Of a stretch of DNA of 64,000 nt, positions 13,256-25,559 are shown one piece after another. The position numbers and the translations under genes are program-made. The notes beneath the pieces were generated by a model. The model did no database searches. It saw only the letters and a list, made by a program, of their open reading frames with translations, and was not told where the DNA came from. The stretch covers positions 96,720,001 to 96,784,000 of the forward strand of contig NC_043002.1 in assembly GCF_006345805.1 (NCBI RefSeq). The letters are read 5' to 3'. How positions within the stretch are numbered: the stretch's first letter is position 1; each line of letters opens with the position of its first letter. The stretch comes from Octopus sinensis. Taxonomy: Eukaryota.

Positions 13256-13640
13256 GAGGGTACTATTATTCATAGGTACCGCACGCTAGGAGGGACTATT
13301 GCAGTCAAAACTACTAAAATAAACAAAATGTACCGAATGCAAAACTTCAAAGCAAGTCATTTAAAAAACAGAATTTAGTTACATATCACCTGTGATTTCG
13401 CAATCAATGCAGAATATGCATTCTATGCTCATCAGTGCAACAAACTCAAGATATATAAGAAAAAACATAACATTACAAACCCGACAGCCAACCGTAGAAT
13501 TCGTCGCAGCATGTACTAATGTTTATCTTTACATATCTATGAAAATGGCGGGCTTATTCGCAATGCATTTCGGTACATAATTGTCTATCCGGAACAAAAA
13601 TTCAGTATTGAACTATTCCGGTGAAAAATATAAATTTATG

Positions 13641-13696
<56 letters not shown>

Positions 13697-14367
13697 TATA
13701 TATATATAAGTTCAGCAAAATTTAGATTCAGATGATTATGGTACTTAAGTTAAAGGCACCCGAATTTGGCATGGTATTATCCATATAAATCAAATGGGGT
13801 GTTTATAATCAAAATAAGCAACAAAGATATCTAAGGTAGTGTAGTACAGTCGTTTCATGCTACTCTATTTTATCAAACAATGTAAGTATTACATCAGTTT
13901 TAAAATGTAGACCAGTCTTCAACCACATATAGAATTTTCCAATTAAATAGACAATGTACATTTTTATACTTATTCCATTTGCCCACATATGGTAGATATA
14001 TAGACATTTGCCCACATAGGGTAGATATATAGACAGAGAGGATGATTTCATCATTAAGAACATGGCAGTAGAAGGTTCTTCCCTATGGGCAGATTTTTTA
14101 TCACTATGGGCAGATAAAAAATCTGCCCATAGGGAAGGACCTTCTACTTAAAATTGAATGCTTACCAAACTACACGCCAACACGCTCAACACACGTATGT
14201 ATGTACACATGCACTCATTCTCTCTCGCAAACACAGACACTCATATATAGATCGATAGATAGATAGATAGATAGATAGTTAGATTGATAGATAGATAGAT
14301 ATATTGATAGATAGATAGATTGACAGACGGAAACTGTATGTGTGTCTCTTTGTGTGCGCGCGTGTTT

Positions 14368-14408
<41 letters not shown>

Positions 14409-14459
14409 TTACAACACTGTTACTATTTCGATCATTTACAATTGCATTTGTACTTTCAG

Positions 14460-14538
14460 ATCAATATGACACGACTATTTCCCTTCTTTTGCTTGTTTTT
14501 GGAAGTAGAAACTGCTTTTATCGAACCAGCTAACAAAA
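14460..14538 (+). pseudogene. Paralog A exon 2 (degenerate signal-peptide exon, MTRLFPFFCLFLEVETAFIEPANK)
   Basis: TTTCAG acceptor, ATG at 14466, same 73-nt coding length as paralog B exon 2, GCAAGT donor. The hydrophobic core is interrupted by Glu residues. Confidence 0.65.
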
Positions 14539-14664
14539 GCAAGTTTCCAATATGATATAAATACACTGAATAACTAAACATTTAAAAATTGCTTGAGCAC
14601 CGAATCGTTAATCTATTTAATCAATCAGTCTTTTCGTGTTCTTAAGTGTGTTTCGCTCATCGAA

Positions 14665-15240
14665 GGCGGCGAGCTGGCAGAAACGTTAGCACGCCGGGCG
14701 GTATTTCGTCTGCCGTTACGTTCTGAGTTCAAATTCCGCCGAGGTTGACTTTGCCTTTCATCCTTTCCGGGTCGATAAATTAAGCATCAGTTACGCAATC
14801 TTAGTACGCCGGCGAAATGCGTAGCCGTATTTTTTCTGCCGTTACGTTCTGAATTCAAATTCCGCCGAGTTCGACTTCGCCTTTCATCCTTTCAGGGTCG
14901 ATTAAATAAGTACCAGTTACGTACTGGAGTCGATATAATCGACTTAATCCGTTTGTCTGTCCTTGTTTGTTCTCTCTGTGTTTAGCCCCTTGTGGGTAAT
15001 AAAAAAATAGGTATTTCGTCTGTCTTTACGTTCTGAGTTCAAATTCCGCCGAGGTCGACTTTGCCTTTCATCCTTTCGAGGTCGATAAATTAAGCACCAG
15101 TTATGCACTAGGGTTGATGGAATTGACTTAATCCCTTTGTCTGTTCTTGTTTGTCCCCTGTATGTTTAGCCCCTTGTGAGCAATAAAGAAATAAGAAACG
15201 TTAGCACGCCGGGCAAAATGCTTAGCGGTATTTCGTCTAT
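14665..15240 (+). mobile_element. Tandem array of about 3 partial family-1 SINEs
   Basis: Repeated GTATTTCGTCTG...GAGTTCAAATTCCGCCGAGG blocks. Confidence 0.85.
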
Positions 15241-15391
15241 ATAGTTTCATGGCTGTAAATTTGTAAAGATTTATATTATATTGAGTAAGATGTATGTATA
15301 TCTTTATAATTAACAGGCCCCGCCAAATTTATTTGCCAATATTTGCTTTCACTATATATTAATAATTGTTCTGTATACTTTTATTTTTATA

Positions 15392-15495
15392 GAAAGAGAA
15401 ACTGACCAATCTAAAAATGAAAACGAAATCGAAGGCAATGCCAAAAGCAGTTTACCATAAATTGAAGAAGAAGGATACAAGTATCCAGAGATAAG
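15392..15495 (+). pseudogene. Paralog A terminal exon
   Basis: TTTTTATAG acceptor. Aligns without gaps to 41320-41382 (about 2/3 identity), then carries a 28-nt insertion. Confidence 0.55.
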
Positions 15496-15496
15496 A

Positions 15497-15990
15497 TTTA
15501 AAACTTTGCGGACTGCTCGTGCCAAGGTCACCAACCACTATTGGTATTATGTCTACTTTCTTCATTTCCCTCAACCCGCATATATCCCCACATCAATTCA
15601 TTATAGTTGTTCATTTTCCTTCTTTCTCCTCTTGGGTCTCGATGTCACCAGTACCTGTTATTTCAATTACCAGACAAGTTTTTTTTTTATTTTCTGTTCG
15701 CTACAACAATGTCAGGTTTTCAATGTTTTATTTTATTGACACATTGAATCCCACAAAATTTTGCAATCGTCTTTCTCTAAATTACCTTCTGAGATTTGGT
15801 CATACCGAGTCTTTGAATCTTCGTAGACCTTAAATTTCACAAAGCTCCCAATGGCTCATTCTTACTACATTATATTCACGCCTTTTATATTCACGCTGTG
15901 CCAATTTTGGATACTCACTAAAAATGTGTCACACTGTTTCACCATTTACACCACACATTCTGCATTCGTCGCTCTAGATTGTTTTCTCAT
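15497..15990 (-). mobile_element. R4/Dong-like LINE RLE-domain fragment, co-duplicated with 10230-10700
   Basis: KPDIV motif on the minus strand, in the same position relative to the downstream promoter. Confidence 0.7.
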
Positions 15991-16581
15991 AACCGTTACC
16001 AGCAGGCGGCTACAGTTAATCGAACCCTGCACCTCTCAGCTACCGGCTGAGATCTCTGTGCCCGAGATAAGGCAACTGTTGGAAAAGCCGCGAGAACGAA
16101 TTGGCCTCTATATCCATTGGCGTGACATATACCGTGGCACATTTCTTATCTCAAGTTTAAAAATGAATTTTTTTTTTCTCTGATACAATAAATGGGAAAA
16201 TCGGAAATAATTCTTTTGAAATTAGGGCCACCTGTCCTCCAACAAATGAATAAAGAGGGACAAGCATAAAGAATATTTCTTCGGGTTTCAATGGTTTTAC
16301 GTAGTACCTATCTTCCTACTTACCTACCATCCTTCCTACCTACCTACCTACCTACCTACCTACCTACCTACCTACCTACCCATCAACATAGCTATATATC
16401 TACTCCTACACACCTATCTACCTAAATAAACAACCACCTACCTTCATACCTATACAAACGTGTATTCATACATACAGCAAAAGAATCTAACAACCTTCCT
16501 TTAAATCCAGTCTTTTAGCGACAAAGGGAAAATTTTTTAAGACATTCCAAAGATTCTCCATGGGAGAACCTGTGATTGCAC

Positions 16582-16614
<33 letters not shown>

Positions 16615-16643
16615 TAAACACACACATACACACACACACACAT

Positions 16644-16691
<48 letters not shown>

Positions 16692-17051
16692 GATATTATC
16701 CATTATGGTGCGTGGATGGGTGCAAACTTGCTTATAGAGGAAAGCAATAACTTACTCGTTTTCGTCATTAATATCAACAACACAATGTAGACCAAAATCT
16801 GAAAGAAACAACTAATTAACACAGTGGGAATGGAATGTGATTAACGCATAATGCGACTATTCATGCAAGTGACAAATTATGTAATACAGTTCTAGAATCA
16901 TTTCAATTTTCTGTAAGACATAAATGAAATCGTTAGTTGTTTGCCATATTTTATGCCCTGTCATTATTACCCCATTCGCTTTGAGGATAATTAAAGCTGT
17001 GATTTATTGTCACAAGTCCTTTTTTATTAGTTTTGTTGATGTTAGATTAAA

Positions 17052-17122
17052 TATAAATACGCATCAATTTTGCATTCGTTATTCTTTCAAATGTTGACAC
17101 TCCTTTCTCCTTTTTGACATAC
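17052..17122 (+). promoter_or_regulatory. Paralog B: TATA box, Inr and non-coding exon 1
   Basis: TATAAATA at 17052, TTATTC Inr (A at 17081, 29 nt downstream), GTAAGT donor at 17123. Confidence 0.75.
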
Positions 17123-17514
17123 GTAAGTGAAATTTTAAACATTTTATTTTTGTAATTAATTTATATGAAATATATACATTACTGCTTTCAATTATAACTC
17201 AGATATAGTTTTAAAAAATTAATCTATTTGTCAATCATTTTTTATAAATGTTTATTTAATACATGAAATCAGAAACGAGTCTAATATAACGATATCTAGC
17301 AATATTTTGATTTCATTTTATTGGTAAAAGAGCGGAAGAATAAGATTTATATCTAAATTAATTGTATTTTCTCTGTTTTTGCATGTTAATATATGTATGT
17401 GCGCGTTTGTATCGATGAATCACTTTATCTATCTATCATTTGCTTTATAAGATACTGTATTTACTCGACACAACGAGCAGGGAGTGACGTACGTGTTAAT
17501 AGCATGCGTATTAA

Positions 17515-17932
17515 CCCATTAACTGCCAATTGTTTGTTATATTTTGTTTTGCTTTGTCAGGTGTCTTAGGAGTTAAAATAATATTTAGTATTGAAATGTT
17601 CTTCTTATGCTAATTATTTCGTAAATTATTATAATTTTTTATGAATAAATATGAATAAAAGTTTTTCGGAAAGTCTTAAATTGGGATCGCTGAAAAAAGG
17701 CATGTTTATCCTTTTCTATTCAGTTACAATAATAAACATCTGAGTTATTTTGAAACTAATGTCCTCTAAAATTAGTGAGAGCTAATAATCACAAACTTTA
17801 ATTACTAAATATTCGTAAACGCACCTCTGTAAATGCAATGTACATGAGCAATTTATTTTTAAATACAAAGAAAAACCGGCAGTGAGACTGGTTTTAGCAG
17901 ACCCCCAGATGGGGCTCATAGCAGGCAATGGG
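17515..17932. mobile_element. piggyBac-type MITE
   Basis: TTAA on both sides (17511-14, 17933-36), imperfect TIR CCCATTRMCTGC. The paralogous empty site has a single TTAA at 12192. Confidence 0.85.
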
Positions 17933-18399
17933 TTAATAACAATCCTTTATACTAGAATGTATGCTTGCCATATTGATGGTGAGATTATTCAGTATGTGAA
18001 AGGAAGCGAATGGTAATATGACTCCTAAATTATTGTCCTTGACTTTCATCCTTTTCAGGGTCGATTAACCTGAATACCAGTTGAGCACTGGGGGTCTATG
18101 TAATCGACTTACCAACTCCTCAAAATCTTTGGCCTCATGACCGTATTTGAAACGTGAGATATGGTCAGTAACAGTGGTCACCGTTATAGTTATGGGATTG
18201 TTAACAGAGAGTGAGAAAAATTCAAATTAAATTAATTAACCCCAGACATGTTCAAATGTCTAGGTTTTGTTCAAGGACTAAATGCAAGCAAAGATGCAGT
18301 TATACGTTCCCGGATATTAACAAAATTAGAGCAAGACCAAACATTAAATCTATAGCCAGTGGCAGGAGAATGCCAGATTATAAATCTAAGACATGGCGC

Positions 18400-19270
18400 A
18401 GATGAAACTGAAGTAAAAGATTGCTCTCATATTCATGCGACCGGTAACGTATATGTAAAAAAGGAAAAAACGCCAAAAGCGAATCCATGTTATGGGTGAG
18501 GTGGTCAACATTTTGAAAGTTACTCTCCTTTTAGAAATATAAAAATTTTAAATGTAATTAGATAGGTCATAAAAAGTCACGTTCTAAAACAAAACCTAAA
18601 AAAACCGGTTCAACAGAAAAAATTACGTAGACAGGTTTTCAGTGACAAGAAATACAAACGAGCCTCAAAGGAAATTTGTATGTGTAAAAATTAATAACAC
18701 AAACGTAAAATTACAATTGGATACGGGCAGTGATATCCCGATAATTAACACAGATACATGGAAAGAAAATCAGGCGACCTAAATTAAAACAAACTTCGAA
18801 AATTGCACATGGTGTTTCAGGAAAAAAATTATATTTTAAAGGCGAAATGTTTAGTGACGTTACATTTTGTGGAAAAACCTTAAAAAACAAAGTTTTATGT
18901 TGAATAATAGGACAAATTTATTCGGAACAGACTGGATAGAATTATGTAACTCATGGAACCTCATCATAAATGTTTTCTGTAAAAATGCGATTTTTTCCGC
19001 CATTACAAATAAAGCGTACAAATAAGATGAATTTTCTAAAAAGTGCACCAAAACAAAGGCGAAGTTTCGGGTGTAAGAAATGCTATACCGGCATTTAAAC
19101 CAAAACGAAAAGTACCTTTCGCAGCGTTAGAACAGACAAACTTAGAGTTAGAGAGACTAGAAAATACTGGAGTTATCCAAAATACTGGAATATTGTCAAT
19201 GGGTATCTCCAACTCTATACGATAGGAAAAAGAATAATAAAATCAATACTCGCTAGTCCAAAAAGATGAT
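18400..19270 (+). mobile_element. Degenerate Ty3/Gypsy gag-protease-RT fragment
   Basis: LDTGSDIPII aspartic-protease motif and FKPKRKVPFAALE...LERLE..GVI pre-RT motif. Confidence 0.75.
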
Positions 19271-19523
19271 GTTCTGTCACATATGCTGGGATTATTAATA
19301 GGGAGTATGAAAAATTCAAATTAAATGAATTAACATGTTCAAATGTCTACTTACACCGTATCACTAATTCCTACCTAGGGTTAATGAGGTTATCCACTGC
19401 TTTTAGGATTTGGAATAACTCCTCTGGGCAAAGTTAGCATCTCGTTCTACTTATTTTGTATGGTTTAGCTCTACTTAGGATTGACCATTTCAGCTCATAT
19501 TCTGTTTTTACCTCCCCAAGTTG

Positions 19524-19820
19524 TCATAAAAGCTTGCTAAGTAATATCACATTTAATTTAATCTTGTGCCTAAATGACGAGACGTGGTTGCAATATCGTA
19601 GCTTCAATGTTGTGGTGCAACATCCTATGTATTTGTAATTTGTGTTCTGTGTAACTACTGCACATCTATATACTATATTCCTTTCTAAGCAGGCTTTATT
19701 TAACACACATTCTCTATCTATTCTACAGTTACAACCGGCGATTTCCTTCCTATTGCTGTTACTTTTAGAGTTATTCTCACAATTGTCATTATTATTTTTA
19801 TCGCTTCCCTCATTATTCAT
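19524..19820 (-). mobile_element. Penelope-like element, GIY-YIG endonuclease fragment
   Basis: CNCR...C...CL...IVY...YIG...LKLRY.NH..SF pattern in the ORF. Confidence 0.85.
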
Positions 19821-19988
19821 ATTATTACTTCTATAGCAGTACTGTTACCGCTACCCCACTATTCTTGTCATCTACAGTAACATTTCCATTTATTTTGTCC
19901 TGCAAATTAGTCTTAGTTTTAGTTTTATCTTTTTTTTATTATTACCTGTTTTATTCCAGTCTACCAAAATACATAGCAACACACACAC

Positions 19989-20049
<61 letters not shown>

Positions 20050-20599
20050 CATATGCACAAATACATTCGTGTATATACATGCATGGATATATTAATACAT
20101 ACGCCTTACTGTACCTATTCACAAAGTAGATTTGGGAGCAATTAAAAAACATCCGCCTTGTATGGACTGGTTCTTCACTTACAGTTCCTCTGATATTGAA
20201 ACAACATGGAAGCACTTCCAGAGCATTGTTACTTATACATGCTCAAAATAATCTCCTTCGAAACTCACAAGCACAGACAGAAATAGGCTTCTAAGAGAGA
20301 AACTGTTCTATTCATATGCCAACAAGCATAGGACCGCAGTCTCATCCGTTTGCCCACTGACTGATAATAAAAGCATTCACCAACATGATACTATAGAAAA
20401 GGTAGCGGTACTGCAGAAACTGTACTGTTCTGTCTTTAGTCATCCCACTGATATTGATGTAATGGGTTTGAACAAGCTCAATCCTCAACAATATTATCTG
20501 GGATATAACTTTTACTGTCTTAGGCATCATAGCAGTAATAAATGAAAGCAAGTACTATTCTGCTGTAAACCATGATTGATTCCCCCGCTAGTGTCCCGA

Positions 20600-21800
20600 A
20601 GGAATGTAGACACCAAGTTGCAGTCCCTCTGGCCAACGTCTGGAGTAATTCCTTAGACTCAGGCTATATACCAAAACACTACTCATCACAATATGTCATC
20701 TTGGTCTTGTAAAAGGGAAACAGGTCTCTCGCAGTCCACTATCACCCAATATCACTCATCTCTCATATCATAAATGTGTTTGAAAGGGTAGTGTGATCGA
20801 GGATAACTGGTTTACTGGAGACCTAAATCCACTCAGCATAGCTTTCGCTGCGGCAAGGTCTGCCTAACACTGCTCTTACAGCACTTCGATGATATCCTTA
20901 AAGCCTTGGGATCAGTTTCGAAATCTGATGTCGCATACGTTGACTTCAGCAAAGCGTTCGACAGAGTCAGCCACAATAAGCTCTTGTCAAAATTGTCAAA
21001 TGTTCGGATCCGTAGAAATTGTTACACTGAATTAAGTATTTCCTGGTGAACAGAACAAATTAGGTTGTGCTCAATGGAAACCACTCAAGCCCTGCCAGTC
21101 ACTAGTGGTATTCCGCAGGAGATTCGTACCTGTTTATAATCTGCATAAACGACATCCCAAGCGTCATCAAACACAGCAATGTAAACATACTAGCAGATGA
21201 CTCCAAGCTCCAGAAAATTATCAGTGGAGAAAGCCGAACTGAACTCCAGTATGATTTATATGTTGTAAGCCAATGAGGAGTCAAAAACAAAATGCGGTTA
21301 AATAAGAGAAAATTTGAACTGATGCATTTTGGAAAGAAGACCACGCTCAACTAACCATATTCTCTTTCTTCGGGGGAGCCACTTCCACGTCAACAATAAC
21401 GTTGATTTAGCCGGCAGGACGAGCTTTTGGATCGTCAGGGCTTTCCGTTTCAGAGAGCAACATGTCGTCACTCCTCTTTTTTCTCATCCTCTGCACGGTC
21501 ACATCCAAAATACTGCTGCCTGCTGTGGTTTTCTCACATAAAACATTTCATGAATTGAGTCATCCCAGAGAACATTCACTAAAAGAAATTAAGAGCATGA
21601 CTGATCTTGATAATTGGGACCGCCTTAATCATTGAAATTTTTTCTCTCCAGCGCCGACATAAGTACTACATCATTTGCACAAAGTGGAGAATATAATACC
21701 AGCATTGCCCAGATGACCTTAACATTATATTCACAATTCATTCAAGGCTGGGGCCACGTACCATACATCGCTTACACAATTCAGGATCACAACACATAAA
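20600..21800 (+). mobile_element. Degenerate CR1/L2-clade LINE RT
   Basis: DVAYVDFSKAFDRVSHNKLL, SGIPQ and ADDSKL motifs. Confidence 0.8.
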
Positions 21801-21865
21801 TTAACTGCAGTACAATATACAGTTCTATATTTAAGAGATGAGGAATTATGTACATTATTTATATT

Positions 21866-22034
21866 ATTTACATTCGATGGATATTTGTCCTCATCTTGTT
21901 TGTTGTTAGCACAACGTTTCGGCTAATATACCCTCCGGCTGAAGAAGACACCTGAAGAAGTCTGGAGGGTATATCAGCCGAAACGTTGCGTTAACAGCAA
22001 ACAAGATGAGGACAAATATCCGTCGAATATAAAT
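21866..22034. repeat. Inverted duplication (~75-bp arms) with a hammerhead-like core
   Basis: Arms are reverse-complementary. The right arm reads CTGAAGA...CAGCC GAAACG-TTG-CGTT. Confidence 0.8.
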
Positions 22035-22451
22035 AAAGTAAATATTGTAAATAATTTGCAGCACAATATCTTTTCCTCATTGAGCCCTGTTCTATTTAAC
22101 CCAAACCAAATCAAAGATTCCTTCACCTTCAAACGAACCTTGGACAATTTTTTCCAAGGGATACTATACTAGATAAGCCACCTATACTTGGATACATGTG
22201 TCAAAAAAACTATCTACTTGAATGAACCATACTACCACACAACTTGGATTAAAATGACCTAGCTGATCCTATTAAATTAGATATGGCCTGGGTCAATCTT
22301 TGACAGAAATATATCGAAGTTATTTAAGTTATGTATATCCAGAGAATACATACACAGGTAACCAATTGTGTTGTTCGCCTCTTTCTCGAAATTTAACCAC
22401 CACAGTTATTAGTTCGATCTTTTCCAATTACATTTGTACTTTCAGGTCAGT

Positions 22452-22524
22452 ATGACACGACTATTTCCTTTTTGCTTGTTGGTTTTGACAGCAGTAACAA
22501 CTTTTGTCGAAGCATATGCAATCA
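22452..22524 (+). CDS. Paralog B exon 2: signal peptide MTRLFPFCLLVLTAVTTFVEAYAI (phase 1 end)
   Basis: TTTCAG acceptor at 22445, ATG at 22452, hydrophobic core with an A-x-A-like end, GTAAGT donor at 22525. Paralogous exon at 14460. Confidence 0.75.
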
Positions 22525-22675
22525 GTAAGTTTCCTATTATATATGTAAATACTGAATAATTAAACTTTTGAAAATTTCCTGAAAACTAATTCTTCCATTT
22601 TTTAATCAGTCTTTTCTTGTATAATTATGATGCACTTACCGATTTTGATCACAGACTGCTTTGTGTATTCGTAAG

Positions 22676-23476
22676 ATTATAAACCTGAAAAATTACAGGA
22701 CAAGTTATCACACTTGGAAAACTTTAAGATAACCTATTACATCTGGCAAAGTACAGAGCAAGAAAATCTTTACTTAAAATATTGCAGCTAAGGATATAAT
22801 TTCAAATGAAATATTTAGTTTTAGAAAATATTAGCTTTTATTAAAACTAAAACTTTATAACAAGTTATTACATCTATTTGTTATTACTTGTTACTTCTAT
22901 TAAAAATAAAATAACTCAATTAAAATATTGTTTGCGCTTCAAACAATTCATTTTTGAAATAATTAATAATTAGAAATTTGAAAATATGTTTTAAGAATAA
23001 TAGTAGTACATGATTAGTTAGTACAATAAACACAATAAAACAAAAATTAGTCATATATTACAGTAAAATCTACCTATAACAATAAATTCACAGTAAAAAT
23101 TGCTTGAGCTATTGCCTAAGTTATTGCCAAGTCTTCACATTTTTAGTCTTGACCCAATACCTATTTTTTACATAATGAATTTGCCTACCATACATAGTAT
23201 TCTACTTTACATAAAACTTCAGCTACATTGGTACTTCTGTCTCCCATTTTTTAAAGCATTCTACTATGTCAATATTTTAAGAAAATGATGGAACAATTTT
23301 TAATTATAATGTTACTTTGTAAATTAAAATCTAATAATTTTTAATATTCAAATTTCATCCTTAGCTGCAATATTTTAAGTAACATTTCTCTCGTTCTCTA
23401 TTTTACCAGATGTAATAAGTTGTCCTGAACTTTTCCAAGTGCAATAACTTATCCTGTAATTTTCCAGGTTTATAAT
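22676..23476. mobile_element. Foldback/MITE-like element with ~150-190-bp imperfect inverted arms
   Basis: ATTATAAACCTG...CAGCTAAGGAT at left is reverse-complementary to ATCCTTAGCTG...CAGGTTTATAAT at right. Confidence 0.7.
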
Positions 23477-24282
23477 GTTAAGAATATTGTTTCTCTTGCT
23501 CGCATTTTCCCATGTAATCCATGTTTTTCCATGCTATGCTATTATTCTAATTAATAATGTGCCAAATGTGCCAATTAGCGGAGTCGTTGATAATTTTTTC
23601 CTTACCTCAATGATATTTTTTGCTTACCTCAATGATATTTTTTTCCTTACCTCATATATTAAAAGTCCCCTTATAGAACTATATATATATTCATAAAATG
23701 TATAGAACTATATCATTAACCTCAAGTTTGGGAAACAAACACTCATAATTTATTTTTCTTTTAAAACCACATTCCATAAGATTGACACCATAAAATTCCA
23801 CGAATTGCGCTCCATCATTTAAGCTTAATTAAAATATAGTTTGTTTTCAAAATAAAGAGTTAATTATACTTAAATACAATTTTTTACCTTATATATTTTC
23901 TCGTGATATTTTACCTCAGGTCCTTTTTGAGTCAAATTTTTGTTGCAAGGGATCAAAACTATATATATCTTCATGCTTTCTTCTATCATTGAAGCTAAAA
24001 TAAATATATTTTACTTTTAAAATAAAAAGTTATTTAGATCTAAACTTGATTGGCGGCGTTACGTACTCTCCGATAACGTTGCTACAAATTTTGTTGTAAA
24101 CTTTTTTCTACTGGATCAAATTTCAATGTTTTTATGCCAAAGTCTAGCTAGGGCTAGTCCTCTTCAAAAATGTTAACGGTTTTTAATTTAGTTAAGAACT
24201 GAATTAGCGACAACTCTGAAAGTTGCTGCTTGTGAGTAAATTACGGCCGTAAGTATATTATTCAATTTCTACCCTAGTTGAA

Positions 24283-24619
24283 CGATGTATGTATGTATGT
24301 ATGTATGTATGTATGTATGTATGTATGTATTATGTATGTATGTATGTATGTATGTATGTATGTATTATGTATGTATGTATGTATGTATGTATGTATGTAT
24401 GTATGTATGTATGTATGTATGTATGTATGTATGTATGTATGTATGTATGTATGTATGTATGTATGTATGTATGCATGCATGCATGCATGCATGCATGCAT
24501 GTATGTATGTATGTATGTATGTGTAAATATATATATATATTATATATATATATTATATATATATATATTATATATATATATATATAATATATATATATAT
24601 TATATATATATATATATAT

Positions 24620-24654
<35 letters not shown>

Positions 24655-24655
24655 G
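24283..24655. repeat. (ATGT)n/(ATGC)n/(AT)n microsatellite
   Basis: Directly visible. Confidence 0.97.
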
Positions 24656-25559
24656 CTTGTGTGTCTGTGTAAATATCTAAGAATGTGGTTTGCAAATTAT
24701 TTTAATATATTTGTTAGCAAGTCTCAACCAATCTTGCCTTATGTTGCAAGCATGTTGTCAACAACTAATATATATCAAACAACTGAACAGGATTTCCTTC
24801 ACGGTACATCGACTATTTTTTACGCCGAAAAGAATAATACGATAACTAGTATTGCAATTTCGCTGATAGGCTCCTTCACACGATTCCGAATTGCGCGGTT
24901 CTAACTAATCACATTAATATAAGACAAATATAGGATGGAGTTGGGTTAGGTAGAATTTGATTAGATAATTGGTCTGTTCGAACCTGAGAATTTTTTTTGT
25001 TATTACAAGAAATTATCGCCGTCTGTCTCCTTCCACTCATTTCAAGTGGCGATGTAAATTTTCATTGAGATATTAAAATGTTTCTTGGAGGTAACATTCA
25101 TTACATAATATAAAACACCTCATGTGGATTACGTTTATTGGGAGAAGAGATATAATATGGTGTGATGTCACCTCTCTACATATCTTCTGGCACACCGTTT
25201 CAATATTTCATAAGCTCCATGTGGGCAATAAAGAAATAATATTTCATAAGTTTGTGTAAACAAGACTTGGACATTTGACTTCAAATATTTTATTATTAGT
25301 TACATTTATTATAGCTAGCTCATCTGATTCCTTAGCCTATAAACTTTGGTCTTGCGTTCCGTAATATGACAGCATTTGACACAAGGCAATGTTTTGATGT
25401 ATTAGAAAATAATGAGCGTCTTACAAACCGGCCAATATCGTATGCTGTGCTCTTACTGTTGTTGGAGTTGTTGTTGTTTTTGTTCTTCTTCTTTTTCTTC
25501 TTCTTGTTTTACTTATCAGTGCGCTCAGTCGTGTTTGTTCTGGTTGATTCCGTGAGAGC

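Noticed and set aside
25009-25090. Exon-like segment ending in GAG|GTAACA within intron 2 of paralog B
   Set aside because: Weak AAG acceptor and stops in all three frames.
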